Sequence record: MT446411.1
Length of the DNA: 64,000 nucleotides
Source: Escherichia virus TH40
Strand: one strand, 5' to 3'
The notes under the pieces: model-generated
The model's database searches: none
What the model was told of the DNA's origin: nothing
Seen by the model: the letters and a program-made list of their open reading frames with translations, nothing else
Translations under genes and position numbers: made by a program
Shown: positions 1 through 9,258 of the stretch, in pieces
Position numbering within the stretch: the stretch's first letter is position 1
How the letters are laid out: every line of letters starts with the position of its first letter

Positions 1-154
1 TTATGTTCATGATATCAGCATAAATCTGATGTTCAACATCAGTCTGGTCAGCAGTCATAGACCACTCACAAAGGTCTTTATCAAGTCCAGCAGTAACTGG
101 AGCTGTACCACATGATGCTACGGTAAGAATTGCCGCGATTAATAACTTTTTCAT
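1..154 (-). CDS. Partial ORF (N-terminal part only; continues past window start), lipoprotein-like signal peptide
   Basis: Hand translation from ATG at 154: MKKLLIAAILTVASCGTAPV... (lipobox LTVASC); GAGGAG SD upstream; not in ORF track because no in-window stop. Confidence 0.45.
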   Translation of the reverse strand, partial: MKKLLIAAILTVASCGTAPVTAGLDKDLCEWSMTADQTDVEHQIYADIMNI

Positions 155-211
155 TTCAATCTCCTCAGTAGTTGATAGGGATAATATACAGCATTATCCC
201 TTTGTTGTACA

Positions 212-451
212 CTATTTTAATGCATCTTTCAGATAAATTTTGCGGAATTTGCGTTTTGTCTGACGAATCTGACGCTTAGTAGGTTTCACAGGAAAATCGA
301 AGAACTCTACGTATTCTTGTTCATAATCATTGTGGCCGACTGAAAGAACTAGTTCCCAGCTGCTTACGGTGCGTTGGATAAACATATTATGCTTACCAAA
401 AGATTTATTCCAAAAAGAACTAGGGGTAGGTTTCATTAATGCGATATTCAT
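212..451 (-). CDS. Hypothetical small protein (79 aa), basic C-terminus
   Basis: ORF track; tightly packed same-strand cluster downstream of gene 41 (T4 61.x-equivalent position). Confidence 0.45.
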   Translation of the reverse strand: MNIALMKPTPSSFWNKSFGKHNMFIQRTVSSWELVLSVGHNDYEQEYVEFFDFPVKPTKRQIRQTKRKFRKIYLKDALK

Positions 452-655
452 TTAAATTTCCTCAATGCGGGCATCATATTCAAAAACTTTATTGTCATTA
501 ACAAAGGCTTTAACCAGCGCATTATTCACTTCTGCATACTGCACTGTAACCCATTCAATCATATTTTGGTCACTAACATCCAGCGCGGTTTCTTTGGTAA
601 ACATATTACCATTTTCAAACCAACCAATAAACACTACGTTCTCTAATTTATACAT
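452..655 (-). CDS. Hypothetical small protein (67 aa); positional candidate for a Dmd (61.5)-like protein
   Basis: ORF track; position in the small-ORF cluster after gene 41; no motif evidence. Confidence 0.45.
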   Translation of the reverse strand: MYKLENVVFIGWFENGNMFTKETALDVSDQNMIEWVTVQYAEVNNALVKAFVNDNKVFEYDARIEEI

Positions 656-973
656 TTAGATTTCCTCACAAAACGCCCAGGCGGCGTGATAAACTGTGGC
701 GCCTTTAGTATCATTTAAACAAACCACGTCAACAGGTGCAATCACACGATAAAGACGGGGTTCTCCTCCATATGAGCGGGCTGCTCTTCCTGCATAGATA
801 CGGGCCAAACCAATATCTTCAGTAAAAAACACACGCCCTAAATTTTTCTTGCGCCCAACTTCTGACAGAACACCAGTTGCATCAGGAGGGCAAAGCATAT
901 TTTGGATTCCAGCATTAGAGCTTGAGCCATGATAATAAACTTTGTATTCCGCCTTGCAATCAATAGTTTTCAT
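656..973 (-). CDS. Hypothetical protein (105 aa) with an H-G-S-S motif
   Basis: ORF track; preceded by type-A promoter-leader at ~980-1010; motif YYHGSSS noted but unverified. Confidence 0.5.
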   Translation of the reverse strand: MKTIDCKAEYKVYYHGSSSNAGIQNMLCPPDATGVLSEVGRKKNLGRVFFTEDIGLARIYAGRAARSYGGEPRLYRVIAPVDVVCLNDTKGATVYHAAWAFCEEI

Positions 974-1002
974 TTTATTCTCCAGTAGTTGATAGGGTCA
1001 TT

Positions 1003-1022
1003 ATAACATAAGAAAAAGGGGC
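1003..1022 (-). terminator. Intrinsic terminator-like hairpin after gene 41 (GC stem GGGGC..GCCCC with flanking U-run on both strands)
   Basis: Forward sequence aaaaaGGGGCTGTAAGCCCCtttt read directly. Confidence 0.5.
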
Positions 1023-1044
1023 TGTAAGCCCCTTTTAAAATATT

Positions 1045-2484
1045 TTAAAATTTCATTTGAGCAGCAAGGTCATCCAGGTCGCTCCTGTTGACCCTGGTTT
1101 GTCGATTCATTTCGGCCTGGCGATTCATCTCACCGGTGGCTTCTTTAACCGTAGGGCCTTGTTTAGGAGCCGAATCATCATCAACCTCATACCAGCGCTG
1201 ATTACCTTTCTTAACACCCATCTTGAATTTATTATAGTAGTTCTTATCACCATAACGAGACTTAAGCTGTTTGATTAACTGCAGCCCCATTTGAGCGAAT
1301 TCTTCGGTCTCAACAACACCCAACATAAAGTCAGCCGTGTGAGCAATACCAAAGGATTCTGCAATGTCAGCCATATCAATCTCAGCTGCAACGTTCGCGC
1401 CTCTGGTCGTCTGTGCCGCAGTCCACAGGACCACATTTTTCTCGACTGCCAGGCCACGAAGTTCTTCTGCAACCATCTTAATCAGACCGTAACTGTTTTC
1501 GGTAAACGTTTTCAGTCTTGAGCTTGCACAGATTGCCAGGTAGTCAACAATAATCACATCCGGCACAAACCCTTGCTTCAGTTTGTACTCGTTCAGTAAT
1601 GCACGGAAAGTATCCGCATGAGCACCACCAGTTGGATATTGTTTTATCTTCAGAGTCCCGAGAGTCCCGGAAGCACGCCATTTTTCCATCTTAGCTTTAT
1701 ATTCTGCCCATGATATATGACCTTCATCAATATCATCCAGAGATACATCCAGCAAGTTGGCATCAATACGTTTGGCACATACTTCTTCGGCCATTTCCAT
1801 GCTTATATAAAGAACATTATGACCAGTCTGAAGATAGTCAGCAGCTAACGAACAAAGTCCAAGGGATTTACCGACATTCGTCCCGGCCAGTAAAACGTTT
1901 TCTGTGCCATACTCAACTCCACCCTTCGTGATTTTATTCAGGATGTTAATGCGGAACGGAACCTTCTTCGATTTGTTCAGATAAGTCTGGAATCGAGCTT
2001 CGTAATCGTTTAACCAGTCATGGCCCAGGGCAGAGTCAAAACAGATAGACAATGCATCACGCATGATGTCAGGGATAGCACCGATATCCGGGATTCGTTT
2101 ATCACGTTTATCTTTAGGAAGTTCGGCATTACTCTGGATTTCGATAATCCGGGATGTGGCATTAAACATCGCAGACTTCTGTACATATTTCTCGGTTTCT
2201 TTAACCAACCATTCCTGGTCTTCTGGAGTATCAACCAGGGCTCCTAAGAGTTTCTTTGTGCCTTCATATTCGACTTCAGAAAGGTCAGAACCGTCGAGCG
2301 CGATATCAAGTGCAGTCTTAGTTGGAACTGCTTGATATTCTTTTACATGTTCGTTAATCGTATTAAAAAGGGTCTTCGCTGGACCCTTTTCAAAATATGT
2401 GCTATTCAGATATGGCCAGACTTTAACAAAATATTCCTTGTTAAAGAGTAGCTGGGATAAAATAGTTTCTACCACTTCCACCAC
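1045..2484 (-). CDS. 41: Replicative DnaB-family DNA helicase (T4 gp41-like)
   Basis: 479 aa; Walker A GTNVGKS; N-terminus and overall sequence match my recollection of T4 gp41; synteny uvsX-40-41. Confidence 0.93.
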   Translation of the reverse strand: MVEVVETILSQLLFNKEYFVKVWPYLNSTYFEKGPAKTLFNTINEHVKEYQAVPTKTALDIALDGSDLSEVEYEGTKKLLGALVDTPEDQEWLVKETEKYVQKSAMFNATSRIIEIQSNAELPKDKRDKRIPDIGAIPDIMRDALSICFDSALGHDWLNDYEARFQTYLNKSKKVPFRINILNKITKGGVEYGTENVLLAGTNVGKSLGLCSLAADYLQTGHNVLYISMEMAEEVCAKRIDANLLDVSLDDIDEGHISWAEYKAKMEKWRASGTLGTLKIKQYPTGGAHADTFRALLNEYKLKQGFVPDVIIVDYLAICASSRLKTFTENSYGLIKMVAEELRGLAVEKNVVLWTAAQTTRGANVAAEIDMADIAESFGIAHTADFMLGVVETEEFAQMGLQLIKQLKSRYGDKNYYNKFKMGVKKGNQRWYEVDDDSAPKQGPTVKEATGEMNRQAEMNRQTRVNRSDLDDLAAQMKF

Positions 2485-2813
2485 CTCTTTTTCATTTTAA
2501 TCTTATCAATTTCATCTTGTATTTGCATTGTAACACACTTTTCTACATGCACTGCAAGCTCCGCTTTGCGGTCTTCAGAAGGGGTGCCGAAATCAACTGA
2601 AACTTTTCCAGATGGTTCAATTTTAATTCCGGTTACGTACACAATGTGATTGGACCCATCAGGGAGTGATAACAGAATTTCCTGCCGTACAGTTCCCATG
2701 GATTGCCGGATAATCTCCAAACTTTTTTCGTAGTAAGGTACAGAAGGAGCCTTAGCTCCCTCCGCATCTTTCTCGAAATTATCTAAATCAGATAAATCGA
2801 TATCATTCATCAA
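2469..2813 (-). CDS. 40: gp40-like head vertex assembly protein
   Basis: 114 aa ORF between uvsX and 41, the position and size of T4 gene 40. Confidence 0.6.
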   Translation of the reverse strand: MMNDIDLSDLDNFEKDAEGAKAPSVPYYEKSLEIIRQSMGTVRQEILLSLPDGSNHIVYVTGIKIEPSGKVSVDFGTPSEDRKAELAVHVEKCVTMQIQDEIDKIKMKKRWWKW

Positions 2814-3981
2814 GGTCTTCCATCATATCTAAATCGTTTTCGATATCTGCCGCAGACGGTTTTGTCTTACCTTCAGGAGCAGAGTATTTTTCAACCTTGG
2901 AGGCAATAAGCGCATCAACTTCGGCGTCAACAACAGCATTGCTATCGATTGCACCCAGCTGGTAATGTCGTTTGATTGCATCACGGAAAGGTTCGTGCTT
3001 GAACAACGGACCCCAGAATTCGGTACAGTTAGTATCTTTTGCGCGCCATGATTTTTCTTCGCGGACCATTTCACCGGTCTCAACATCAAGATATTCACGG
3101 TTATACCAACCAACTTTCGGTTTCACCACAAATCCGATTTCCATTGCCATATCAAGCAGGCCAGAATACGGGTCAATACCACCATCGAATTTTACATCAA
3201 TGAAGAATTTACTTTTCTCTTTGACCATACGAGATTTTTCGGCGTTCAGAACAAATTGGAAACCTTCAAGTTCTTTACCGGTTTCTTTAATCTGGCGTTT
3301 GCCGATAATGAATACGGTGTCCGCAGAATACATAACACCTGTACCACCGGTCATAACGGTTTTGCTGTACATCTCAATCGTCTCGATTGTATGGTTAACC
3401 GCGACACAAGGAATATCCTTGATACTAAAATACGGGGTAACAATACGGAACAGAGATTTCAAGGATTTAGCACGAGTCATATCGCCAACGACTTTTTCGT
3501 TCATCGCATCTTCTGTTTCTTTTTTAGACGCCATGTTACCGATTGAGTCAATAAAGATAATGACTTTTTCACCGCGCTCAATTGCTTCAAGCTGGTTAAC
3601 CATATCAACTTTCAATTGTTCAACCGACTGGATTGGTGTATGGATAACACGCTCCGGGTCTACTTTCATTGCACGAAGATAAGCTTCGGTGATACCAAAT
3701 TCTGAATCATAGAACAAACAGATTGCGTCGGGGTATTTGTTCATATATGCAGAGACCATCGTTAAACCCATATTGGATTTAAAGTGTTTTGACGGACCAG
3801 CAAAAATAGTCAAACCTGACTGCATACCACCATCTAGTGCACCGCTGATTGCAATGTTCAGCATCGGGATTTTTGTACGAACTACATCTTTATCATTAAA
3901 AAACTTGGACTTAGTAAGAGTCGCAGTCATTTTGGATGTAGAAGCTTTAATCAAACGGGATTTCAAATCTGCAATAGACAT
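2803..3981 (-). CDS. uvsX: UvsX RecA-like recombinase
   Basis: 392 aa; RecA-fold ATP-binding loop GPSKHFKS; strong resemblance to T4 UvsX as recalled. Confidence 0.93.
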   Translation of the reverse strand: MSIADLKSRLIKASTSKMTATLTKSKFFNDKDVVRTKIPMLNIAISGALDGGMQSGLTIFAGPSKHFKSNMGLTMVSAYMNKYPDAICLFYDSEFGITEAYLRAMKVDPERVIHTPIQSVEQLKVDMVNQLEAIERGEKVIIFIDSIGNMASKKETEDAMNEKVVGDMTRAKSLKSLFRIVTPYFSIKDIPCVAVNHTIETIEMYSKTVMTGGTGVMYSADTVFIIGKRQIKETGKELEGFQFVLNAEKSRMVKEKSKFFIDVKFDGGIDPYSGLLDMAMEIGFVVKPKVGWYNREYLDVETGEMVREEKSWRAKDTNCTEFWGPLFKHEPFRDAIKRHYQLGAIDSNAVVDAEVDALIASKVEKYSAPEGKTKPSAADIENDLDMMEDLDE

Positions 3982-4060
3982 TCATTTTTTCCATAGGCAC
4001 CATTATATTTTTCTCACAGGTTTAAGATAGGATAATTATATCACTGTATTTTTAGAGCAA

Positions 4061-4189
4061 TTAACGATTGAATCCACGATTAATTGCACGTTCAACAATC
4101 TTCCGGGTCTGACGTTTGTCCCACCAGTACATAAAACCAATACCAAATGCAGACAACAGCCACAGACTAATCAATAGCATACCAATCAT
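4061..4189 (-). CDS. Possible 42-aa single-TM peptide (hand-called, below ORF-track cutoff)
   Basis: Hand translation MIGMLLISLWLLSAFGIGFMYWWDKRQTRK...; no clear SD. Confidence 0.25.
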   Translation of the reverse strand: MIGMLLISLWLLSAFGIGFMYWWDKRQTRKIVERAINRGFNR

Positions 4190-4216
4190 AATATTTTTCT
4201 CGCAGTTCGGAGTAAT

Positions 4217-4324
4217 TTAGTAAACGTTTCCGCGTTTCCAGTTTTCTTCAGCCAAATGCTTATTACGCTTTTCTAATAGCAGCAAACCAATTACTGTTCC
4301 AACAATCAGAAGTAATAATAGCAT
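4217..4324 (-). CDS. Possible 35-aa single-TM peptide, start overlaps lipoprotein stop (TGATG)
   Basis: Hand translation MLLLLLIVGTVIGLLLLEKRNKHLAEENWKRGNVY; 1-nt stop/start overlap suggests coupling. Confidence 0.3.
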   Translation of the reverse strand: MLLLLLIVGTVIGLLLLEKRNKHLAEENWKRGNVY

Positions 4325-4827
4325 CAGTTAATACCTTGGCGTGCTTTCTCTTTAGCTATACATTTATTAATATAGCTCAGACGGTTTTGAGCAGAACGCT
4401 GATACATATCGCGATACTCATTGGCTTTTGGAGAACCCGTCTCTGCTGCCTGATAAGCTTCCGCGCGCATGATGTTTATCTGCATATTGATGTATGACAT
4501 GCAGACCTGTGAAATCTGGTTAACAGTATCCAGGTCATTTTGGCGCTTGGTTTCTGCTTCCAGTTTAGCAATGATTTCGTCATGCTTCGCAGCTTGTTCG
4601 CGTTTGTACTCAATTTCACGTTGAGCATATTTCGCGCAGTTATTTCCACATTGATTGTTGTCGCGTTTGTAGATAAGTCCAGTACCACCTTTGAAATCAA
4701 AGGAACCATTATGCACCTGACGGTCTGCAGCAATTCGCGCTTTACCAATCTCATTGGCATTAACAACATCGCCCTGGTAAGCACAACCAGATAGCAGCAT
4801 AACAGCTGCGATAGCTAACTTTTTCAT
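4324..4827 (-). CDS. Lipoprotein with coiled-coil region (start taken at MKKLAIAAVMLLSGC)
   Basis: Signal peptide plus lipobox LLSGC; GAGGAAA SD before internal Met; ORF track gives 4324..4854. Confidence 0.6.
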   Translation of the reverse strand: MKKLAIAAVMLLSGCAYQGDVVNANEIGKARIAADRQVHNGSFDFKGGTGLIYKRDNNQCGNNCAKYAQREIEYKREQAAKHDEIIAKLEAETKRQNDLDTVNQISQVCMSYINMQINIMRAEAYQAAETGSPKANEYRDMYQRSAQNRLSYINKCIAKEKARQGIN

Positions 4828-4977
4828 TGTATTTTCCTCAATTAAAACATTCATAACGGGCTTGGAGTCCCAAAAATACCCAACCCAAAATTAAAGTTGG
4901 AATCATATGCGGAGTCATTATTGCCCAATAGATTGACATACTAAAAAATGCAATCAGTACAATAATTGTAATTATCT

Positions 4978-5220
4978 TCATTTGGTTTCCTTGATGATAA
5001 TTACATGTGCATTTGATTTACGCTCAGCAACGAGTGCCCAGATAAATGCAATAAACCATCCGACCATTGTCCAACCTAACAGGAGGTTAACAAAGAAGAT
5101 TCCGCAATTACTTTTGGTTCCTCGCAGTAGCGCGATAATCCACGGCAGAAAATATGCCAGTGCAGCCAGGAAGAAAGAACCAGCACCAAGAACAACAGTA
5201 CCTGCAATTAATGTTTCCAT
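4978..5220 (-). CDS. imm: Superinfection-immunity (Imm)-like two-TM membrane protein
   Basis: 80 aa, two hydrophobic helices, LLGWTMVGW..WAL motif; located just downstream of gene 43 as imm is in T4. Confidence 0.6.
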   Translation of the reverse strand: METLIAGTVVLGAGSFFLAALAYFLPWIIALLRGTKSNCGIFFVNLLLGWTMVGWFIAFIWALVAERKSNAHVIIIKETK

Positions 5221-5240
5221 TTTAATATCCTTAATTTAAT

Positions 5241-5290
5241 CATCAGTAGTTGATGGAGTAATCATACGGCAATCCTTTGCCGTTGTAAAC
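5241..5290 (-). promoter_or_regulatory. T4-early-type promoter plus conserved leader (type A) upstream of imm
   Basis: Minus strand reads GTTTACA ... cATAAT-like ... CCATCAACTACTGA ... AAGGA ATG; seen directly. Confidence 0.5.
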
Positions 5291-5292
5291 AC

Positions 5293-8007
5293 TTAAAAAT
5301 CAAACATATCAAAAAGAGATGCTTTTTTCTCGTAATCAACCTTAGCTGCTTCAGAGAACCCTGTTAACGGTTTGACAAAAGTCTTCTGGAACAGTGTGTT
5401 GTAGTCCATCCACTGCAGAACCTGGTCACGAATTTCAATCGGGAGTTCAATCCCTGATGGCCATGCAATCACGGTTTCGCCAAACGGGTTACCAACTTTA
5501 AGAGGAAGCACATACACCTTTTCCCCTTCCATGATTTGTGGAACAGTCTTCAGCCCTTTAGTTGCACGCATATATGCAAGCACACCTTTGATATGAGCCG
5601 GGCACTTAAATCCAGGGAAACCACCCTCATTATATTTCTGGATGTTGTTAACTGATGATACACCCGCGATGGTCATGTAGTTAAGCTCATTAAATTCCTT
5701 ATTGAATTCCTTGAAGTATGTCTGCAGAGATTCTTCACCTTCTTGCAGCATGCGACGGATACATTCTTTCAGAGCTTTCTGGCATGCTTTTGGGGTGCTC
5801 GACTTTTGAGTTTCCAGACCCATGATTTTAAGTTTCGGAACAGCATATCGTGTGCCTTCCATATCGTACACATTCAGAGCATAACGCTTCTTCGCTGTCC
5901 AGAATCCACCAACACCTTTAGAACCCAGCGGAGGGCATGCAATCGCTTCACGGTCCATAAACATAAGGTGCTGTTTGTTGTTCATGTATTCAGCCAGCTC
6001 ACGGAAAGCTTTATCGATTGCCGGTTCCAGACGGTCTTTCGCAAACTTGTCCATGAAGTCAACCAGGTGGTTTGTATCGCGGAATTTAGATTCGCCACCA
6101 ACCTTTTTAATCAGGTTATCGCACTGAATATAAATGGAGTCAGTATCGCCATAGAATACATATGTTTCACCACTTGTACCACAAACACTATCAAAATATT
6201 CGTTAACTTTACGCTCAATCCACTGCAATGCAAGTTGACCAAAAGATGTAATTGCGGTTGCATTTCGCAGGTCAAAATAACGGAACCAGATATTACCCAG
6301 AGCACCATAACAACTGTTGATAAGCAGTTTACGGTTAATCTGTGCGGTCATGCCTGCAACTTCTTCCATCTGCGCTTTGTACAACATACCATTCAGAACT
6401 GTTTGATTCAGACCATGCAAGGCTGTTTTCATATTGTCATCAAAGTCATAACGATAATCAACTTCAGGCTCGGTTGTACCAACTCCTGGATTACGCAGAG
6501 CTTCCTTAATCAGTTCACCATTACGTTGAGCCGCAAGCATATAACCTTTGTGCTCTTTACGCTGATTAAACACCTTGGTGACTTCTGTCGGAATAATACC
6601 TGCAACATCTTTAAAATACATCATACCGTTTGGAGCACAACTAAATGTATCAGATGGACGGTCAGCAGTTCCTGCGATGTATTCGTACATTGGCGCTGGT
6701 GCAAATGAGCCGGCAATCGTTTCTGGACTGATGTTAATCTGTCGGATGATGCTCGGATACAGAGATGTTAAGTCACAGCTCATAACGTATTTGTATGCGT
6801 TCGGAATCGGTTCCTTAACAAATGCACCAGGGAACGATTGGCGAACATGCGATTTGGTTTCCGGAATGACTTTGTTTTGAGTCTTCAGGCTGTTAAAGAT
6901 AATCGCATCCCAAGTTTTGATTGGGCTGAATACAGACTGAATCTGCATTTTTGCGTAATAACCCATTGACTGGCTAAGGTTAATAAACTGTCGTTTACGG
7001 TCAATCTGTACAACACGATAAACATCGATGATGTTATAAGAAATATACCGTTGGTGATTTGATTCACGCAGTTTAGAAATCGGACCATCATACGGGAGTT
7101 TACCAACACCCAGCTCAGATTCTGCAACATAATCCAACGAATAAGATGGTTGGTTTGTGAAGCTGAACTTTTTGTACAGGTCCAGATAATCCAGAACAGA
7201 GATACCCAGAATCTGAATGATTTCTTGTTCTTCACCGAAACCGTTGTTAATGACCTTAACTTTTGTACGACGATGTGGACTCAGTCGTTTTGCCGTAGCT
7301 TCACCAAATACATTTTTAAGGCGGTTGTAGATATATGGAATATCAAACTTCTCGATGTTCCAACCAGTTAACATAACCGGAGTTTTCTCGTTCCAGAATA
7401 CCAAATACTGCTGGAGCATTTCTTCTTCTGAATCGAAAGCCATATAAACAATTTTTTCCAGGATTTCTTCAGGGACTTCATCGCCGCCATCTTCTTGCAG
7501 CTTAGCAGCAATATCGATAGACCATTGCTCCACAGTGGCGTATGGTGAGCTCAAAAGGTCAAAGACATAGAATTTATCGTCTATCGAATCATAGTGCGTC
7601 AGGGCATCAATAGGGTGACGTGCTTCAGACGGCTCAGGGAACCCATCAGGAGATGTCACCTCGATATCGAAGTTAGCCACACGGATTTTACTTGAATCGT
7701 ATTTGATTTCGTGTGGGTAACGGTCGGACAAGTACGCGAGTTTAAAGTCATCCATACCCATAGCTTCGAGACCCATGTCATTCATTCGCTTCATCCACTG
7801 GGATGCATCACGCATGGAATCGAATTCTTTTTTCACACAACCTTTATTATAGATGTCTGTATACTTTGCAGCCTGGTCTTCGCGGGCATGCATAAACAGG
7901 CATGGAGCATAGGGGATTTCACGAACACGTTCATGACCATTCTTGTCAATGTATCGTTCGAGTAGGTTGTCACCGATTTGTTCGATAGTTAAATAAAATT
8001 CTTGCAT
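5293..8007 (-). CDS. 43: Family-B DNA polymerase with 3'-5' exonuclease (T4 gp43-like)
   Basis: 904 aa; exo motif FDIE, polymerase motif YGDTDS, overall T4 gp43-like. Confidence 0.96.
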   Translation of the reverse strand: MQEFYLTIEQIGDNLLERYIDKNGHERVREIPYAPCLFMHAREDQAAKYTDIYNKGCVKKEFDSMRDASQWMKRMNDMGLEAMGMDDFKLAYLSDRYPHEIKYDSSKIRVANFDIEVTSPDGFPEPSEARHPIDALTHYDSIDDKFYVFDLLSSPYATVEQWSIDIAAKLQEDGGDEVPEEILEKIVYMAFDSEEEMLQQYLVFWNEKTPVMLTGWNIEKFDIPYIYNRLKNVFGEATAKRLSPHRRTKVKVINNGFGEEQEIIQILGISVLDYLDLYKKFSFTNQPSYSLDYVAESELGVGKLPYDGPISKLRESNHQRYISYNIIDVYRVVQIDRKRQFINLSQSMGYYAKMQIQSVFSPIKTWDAIIFNSLKTQNKVIPETKSHVRQSFPGAFVKEPIPNAYKYVMSCDLTSLYPSIIRQINISPETIAGSFAPAPMYEYIAGTADRPSDTFSCAPNGMMYFKDVAGIIPTEVTKVFNQRKEHKGYMLAAQRNGELIKEALRNPGVGTTEPEVDYRYDFDDNMKTALHGLNQTVLNGMLYKAQMEEVAGMTAQINRKLLINSCYGALGNIWFRYFDLRNATAITSFGQLALQWIERKVNEYFDSVCGTSGETYVFYGDTDSIYIQCDNLIKKVGGESKFRDTNHLVDFMDKFAKDRLEPAIDKAFRELAEYMNNKQHLMFMDREAIACPPLGSKGVGGFWTAKKRYALNVYDMEGTRYAVPKLKIMGLETQKSSTPKACQKALKECIRRMLQEGEESLQTYFKEFNKEFNELNYMTIAGVSSVNNIQKYNEGGFPGFKCPAHIKGVLAYMRATKGLKTVPQIMEGEKVYVLPLKVGNPFGETVIAWPSGIELPIEIRDQVLQWMDYNTLFQKTFVKPLTGFSEAAKVDYEKKASLFDMFDF

Positions 8008-8066
8008 TTGGTTTCCTTTATAGTCGAGTGATTGACTTTTGTTTTATGACTTGATGTTATTATACT

Positions 8067-8086
8067 ACAAAAGGGACCGAAGTCCC
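8067..8086 (-). terminator. Hairpin GGGAC-TTCG-GTCCC followed by U-run, between the small ORF and gene 43
   Basis: Read directly from sequence 8067-8090. Confidence 0.45.
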
Positions 8087-8092
8087 TTTGCT

Positions 8093-8320
8093 TTAAATTT
8101 CTATTGTACGTCGTTCGATGGTTGGATTACCCTTTTCATCTTTAGTTCTAACCATAGCCTGGAAGACTCTCTGTCCAGGATGCAATAATTTCTTGAGTTC
8201 CTTTTGAAATTCTATTTGAAGTTCTTCGGAAAGGTCAAAAATGGTTTGAGTTGGGGAAAGTCCATATATTTCTTTAAGGCGTTCGCATGTTTCAATTTCA
8301 TACTTCATATCAATTACCAA
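8093..8320 (-). CDS. Hypothetical protein (75 aa) between regA and 43
   Basis: ORF track; same-strand, non-overlapping apart from a short overlap with regA. Confidence 0.45.
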   Translation of the reverse strand: MVIDMKYEIETCERLKEIYGLSPTQTIFDLSEELQIEFQKELKKLLHPGQRVFQAMVRTKDEKGNPTIERRTIEI

Positions 8321-8678
8321 TTGTATATTTGGCTACGAGCTTCCAGTCGTCTTTTTGTTTAAAGGAGATAACACGGAAGTTGTTTGTTACTGCGAACAAT
8401 TCATTACGCTCTTCTTCTTTGATAGTGATTAAGCCCCAGTCTTCGAGCAGTTGAGTGATGGAATCACGGCGCTGATAGTCTTCACCATCAATATCCACCT
8501 GGCGACCATCCATACGCAACATTTCTTTGAAGTGAACAATATAATAACGGCCTTGCTTCTGGAGGATGTGGCAGCTCTGGTACAGCACACGGTCTTTATT
8601 ATTTGCGATGCCCATACGGGTCAGAGTTTCTTTAACTTTCAGGAAGTCTTCAGGTTGCTTTAATGTAATTTCAATCAT
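8310..8678 (-). CDS. regA: RegA translational repressor
   Basis: 122 aa; position between 62 and 43; sequence resembles T4 RegA as recalled. Confidence 0.8.
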   Translation of the reverse strand: MIEITLKQPEDFLKVKETLTRMGIANNKDRVLYQSCHILQKQGRYYIVHFKEMLRMDGRQVDIDGEDYQRRDSITQLLEDWGLITIKEEERNELFAVTNNFRVISFKQKDDWKLVAKYTIGN

Positions 8679-8679
8679 T

Positions 8680-9258
8680 TTACCATTCCAATATTTGTTT
8701 TTTAATTTCTTTTTGTTCTTTCACATTACTGGTAACTGTCTTTAAGAATTCATCCGTTACCAGACCTTTTGTCTTTTTCAAAACATCTTTAAGACTACCT
8801 TTGACTTTCAATGTTTCCATATACATCAAAGCATCATCAGCATTAATTGTATAATATTTCATTAAAAGCTTTAACACAAGCTGGACGCTGACTACATCCG
8901 GTTCAGCCTTTGCCCATTTACCATAACGTTTGCCTTGTGGAACCGCATGCAGCAAATAATTATAATGCTGCTGGTCTGTTAACCCGGCACCGATTAAGTT
9001 CATCACATTGACCTGCATAATGCAATCGACATGTTGGCTCAATGCGTTTTCTAACCAGAATTTATTGTAGTTTTCCGATTGAATCAGGTTTCGTGGTTTT
9101 TTACTAACGGTTATATCATTAAGAATCGCGAACAATTCATTTTCTGCTTTCTCTTTGTATGAATCGGACAATTCCTGAATTTTGTTAAAGTCGCGTGATT
9201 TCCACGCAACCTCATGTTCGTTTAATTGAACGTCATCATCAAAGAGACTTACAGCCAT
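8680..9258 (-). CDS. 62: Clamp loader small subunit (gp62-like)
   Basis: 192 aa ORF immediately downstream of gene 44 with overlapping stop/start; synteny. Confidence 0.75.
   Translation of the reverse strand: MAVSLFDDDVQLNEHEVAWKSRDFNKIQELSDSYKEKAENELFAILNDITVSKKPRNLIQSENYNKFWLENALSQHVDCIMQVNVMNLIGAGLTDQQHYNYLLHAVPQGKRYGKWAKAEPDVVSVQLVLKLLMKYYTINADDALMYMETLKVKGSLKDVLKKTKGLVTDEFLKTVTSNVKEQKEIKKQILEW

Noticed and set aside
5743-6708. Long plus-strand ORFs (321 aa here; also 2972..3682, 43341..43835, 43880..44287, 60903..61523 and similar) lying inside large well-supported genes
   Set aside because: They are antisense or out-of-frame shadows of strongly supported genes (gene 43, uvsX, gene 6 and others) and have low-complexity, Cys/Ser-rich translations.
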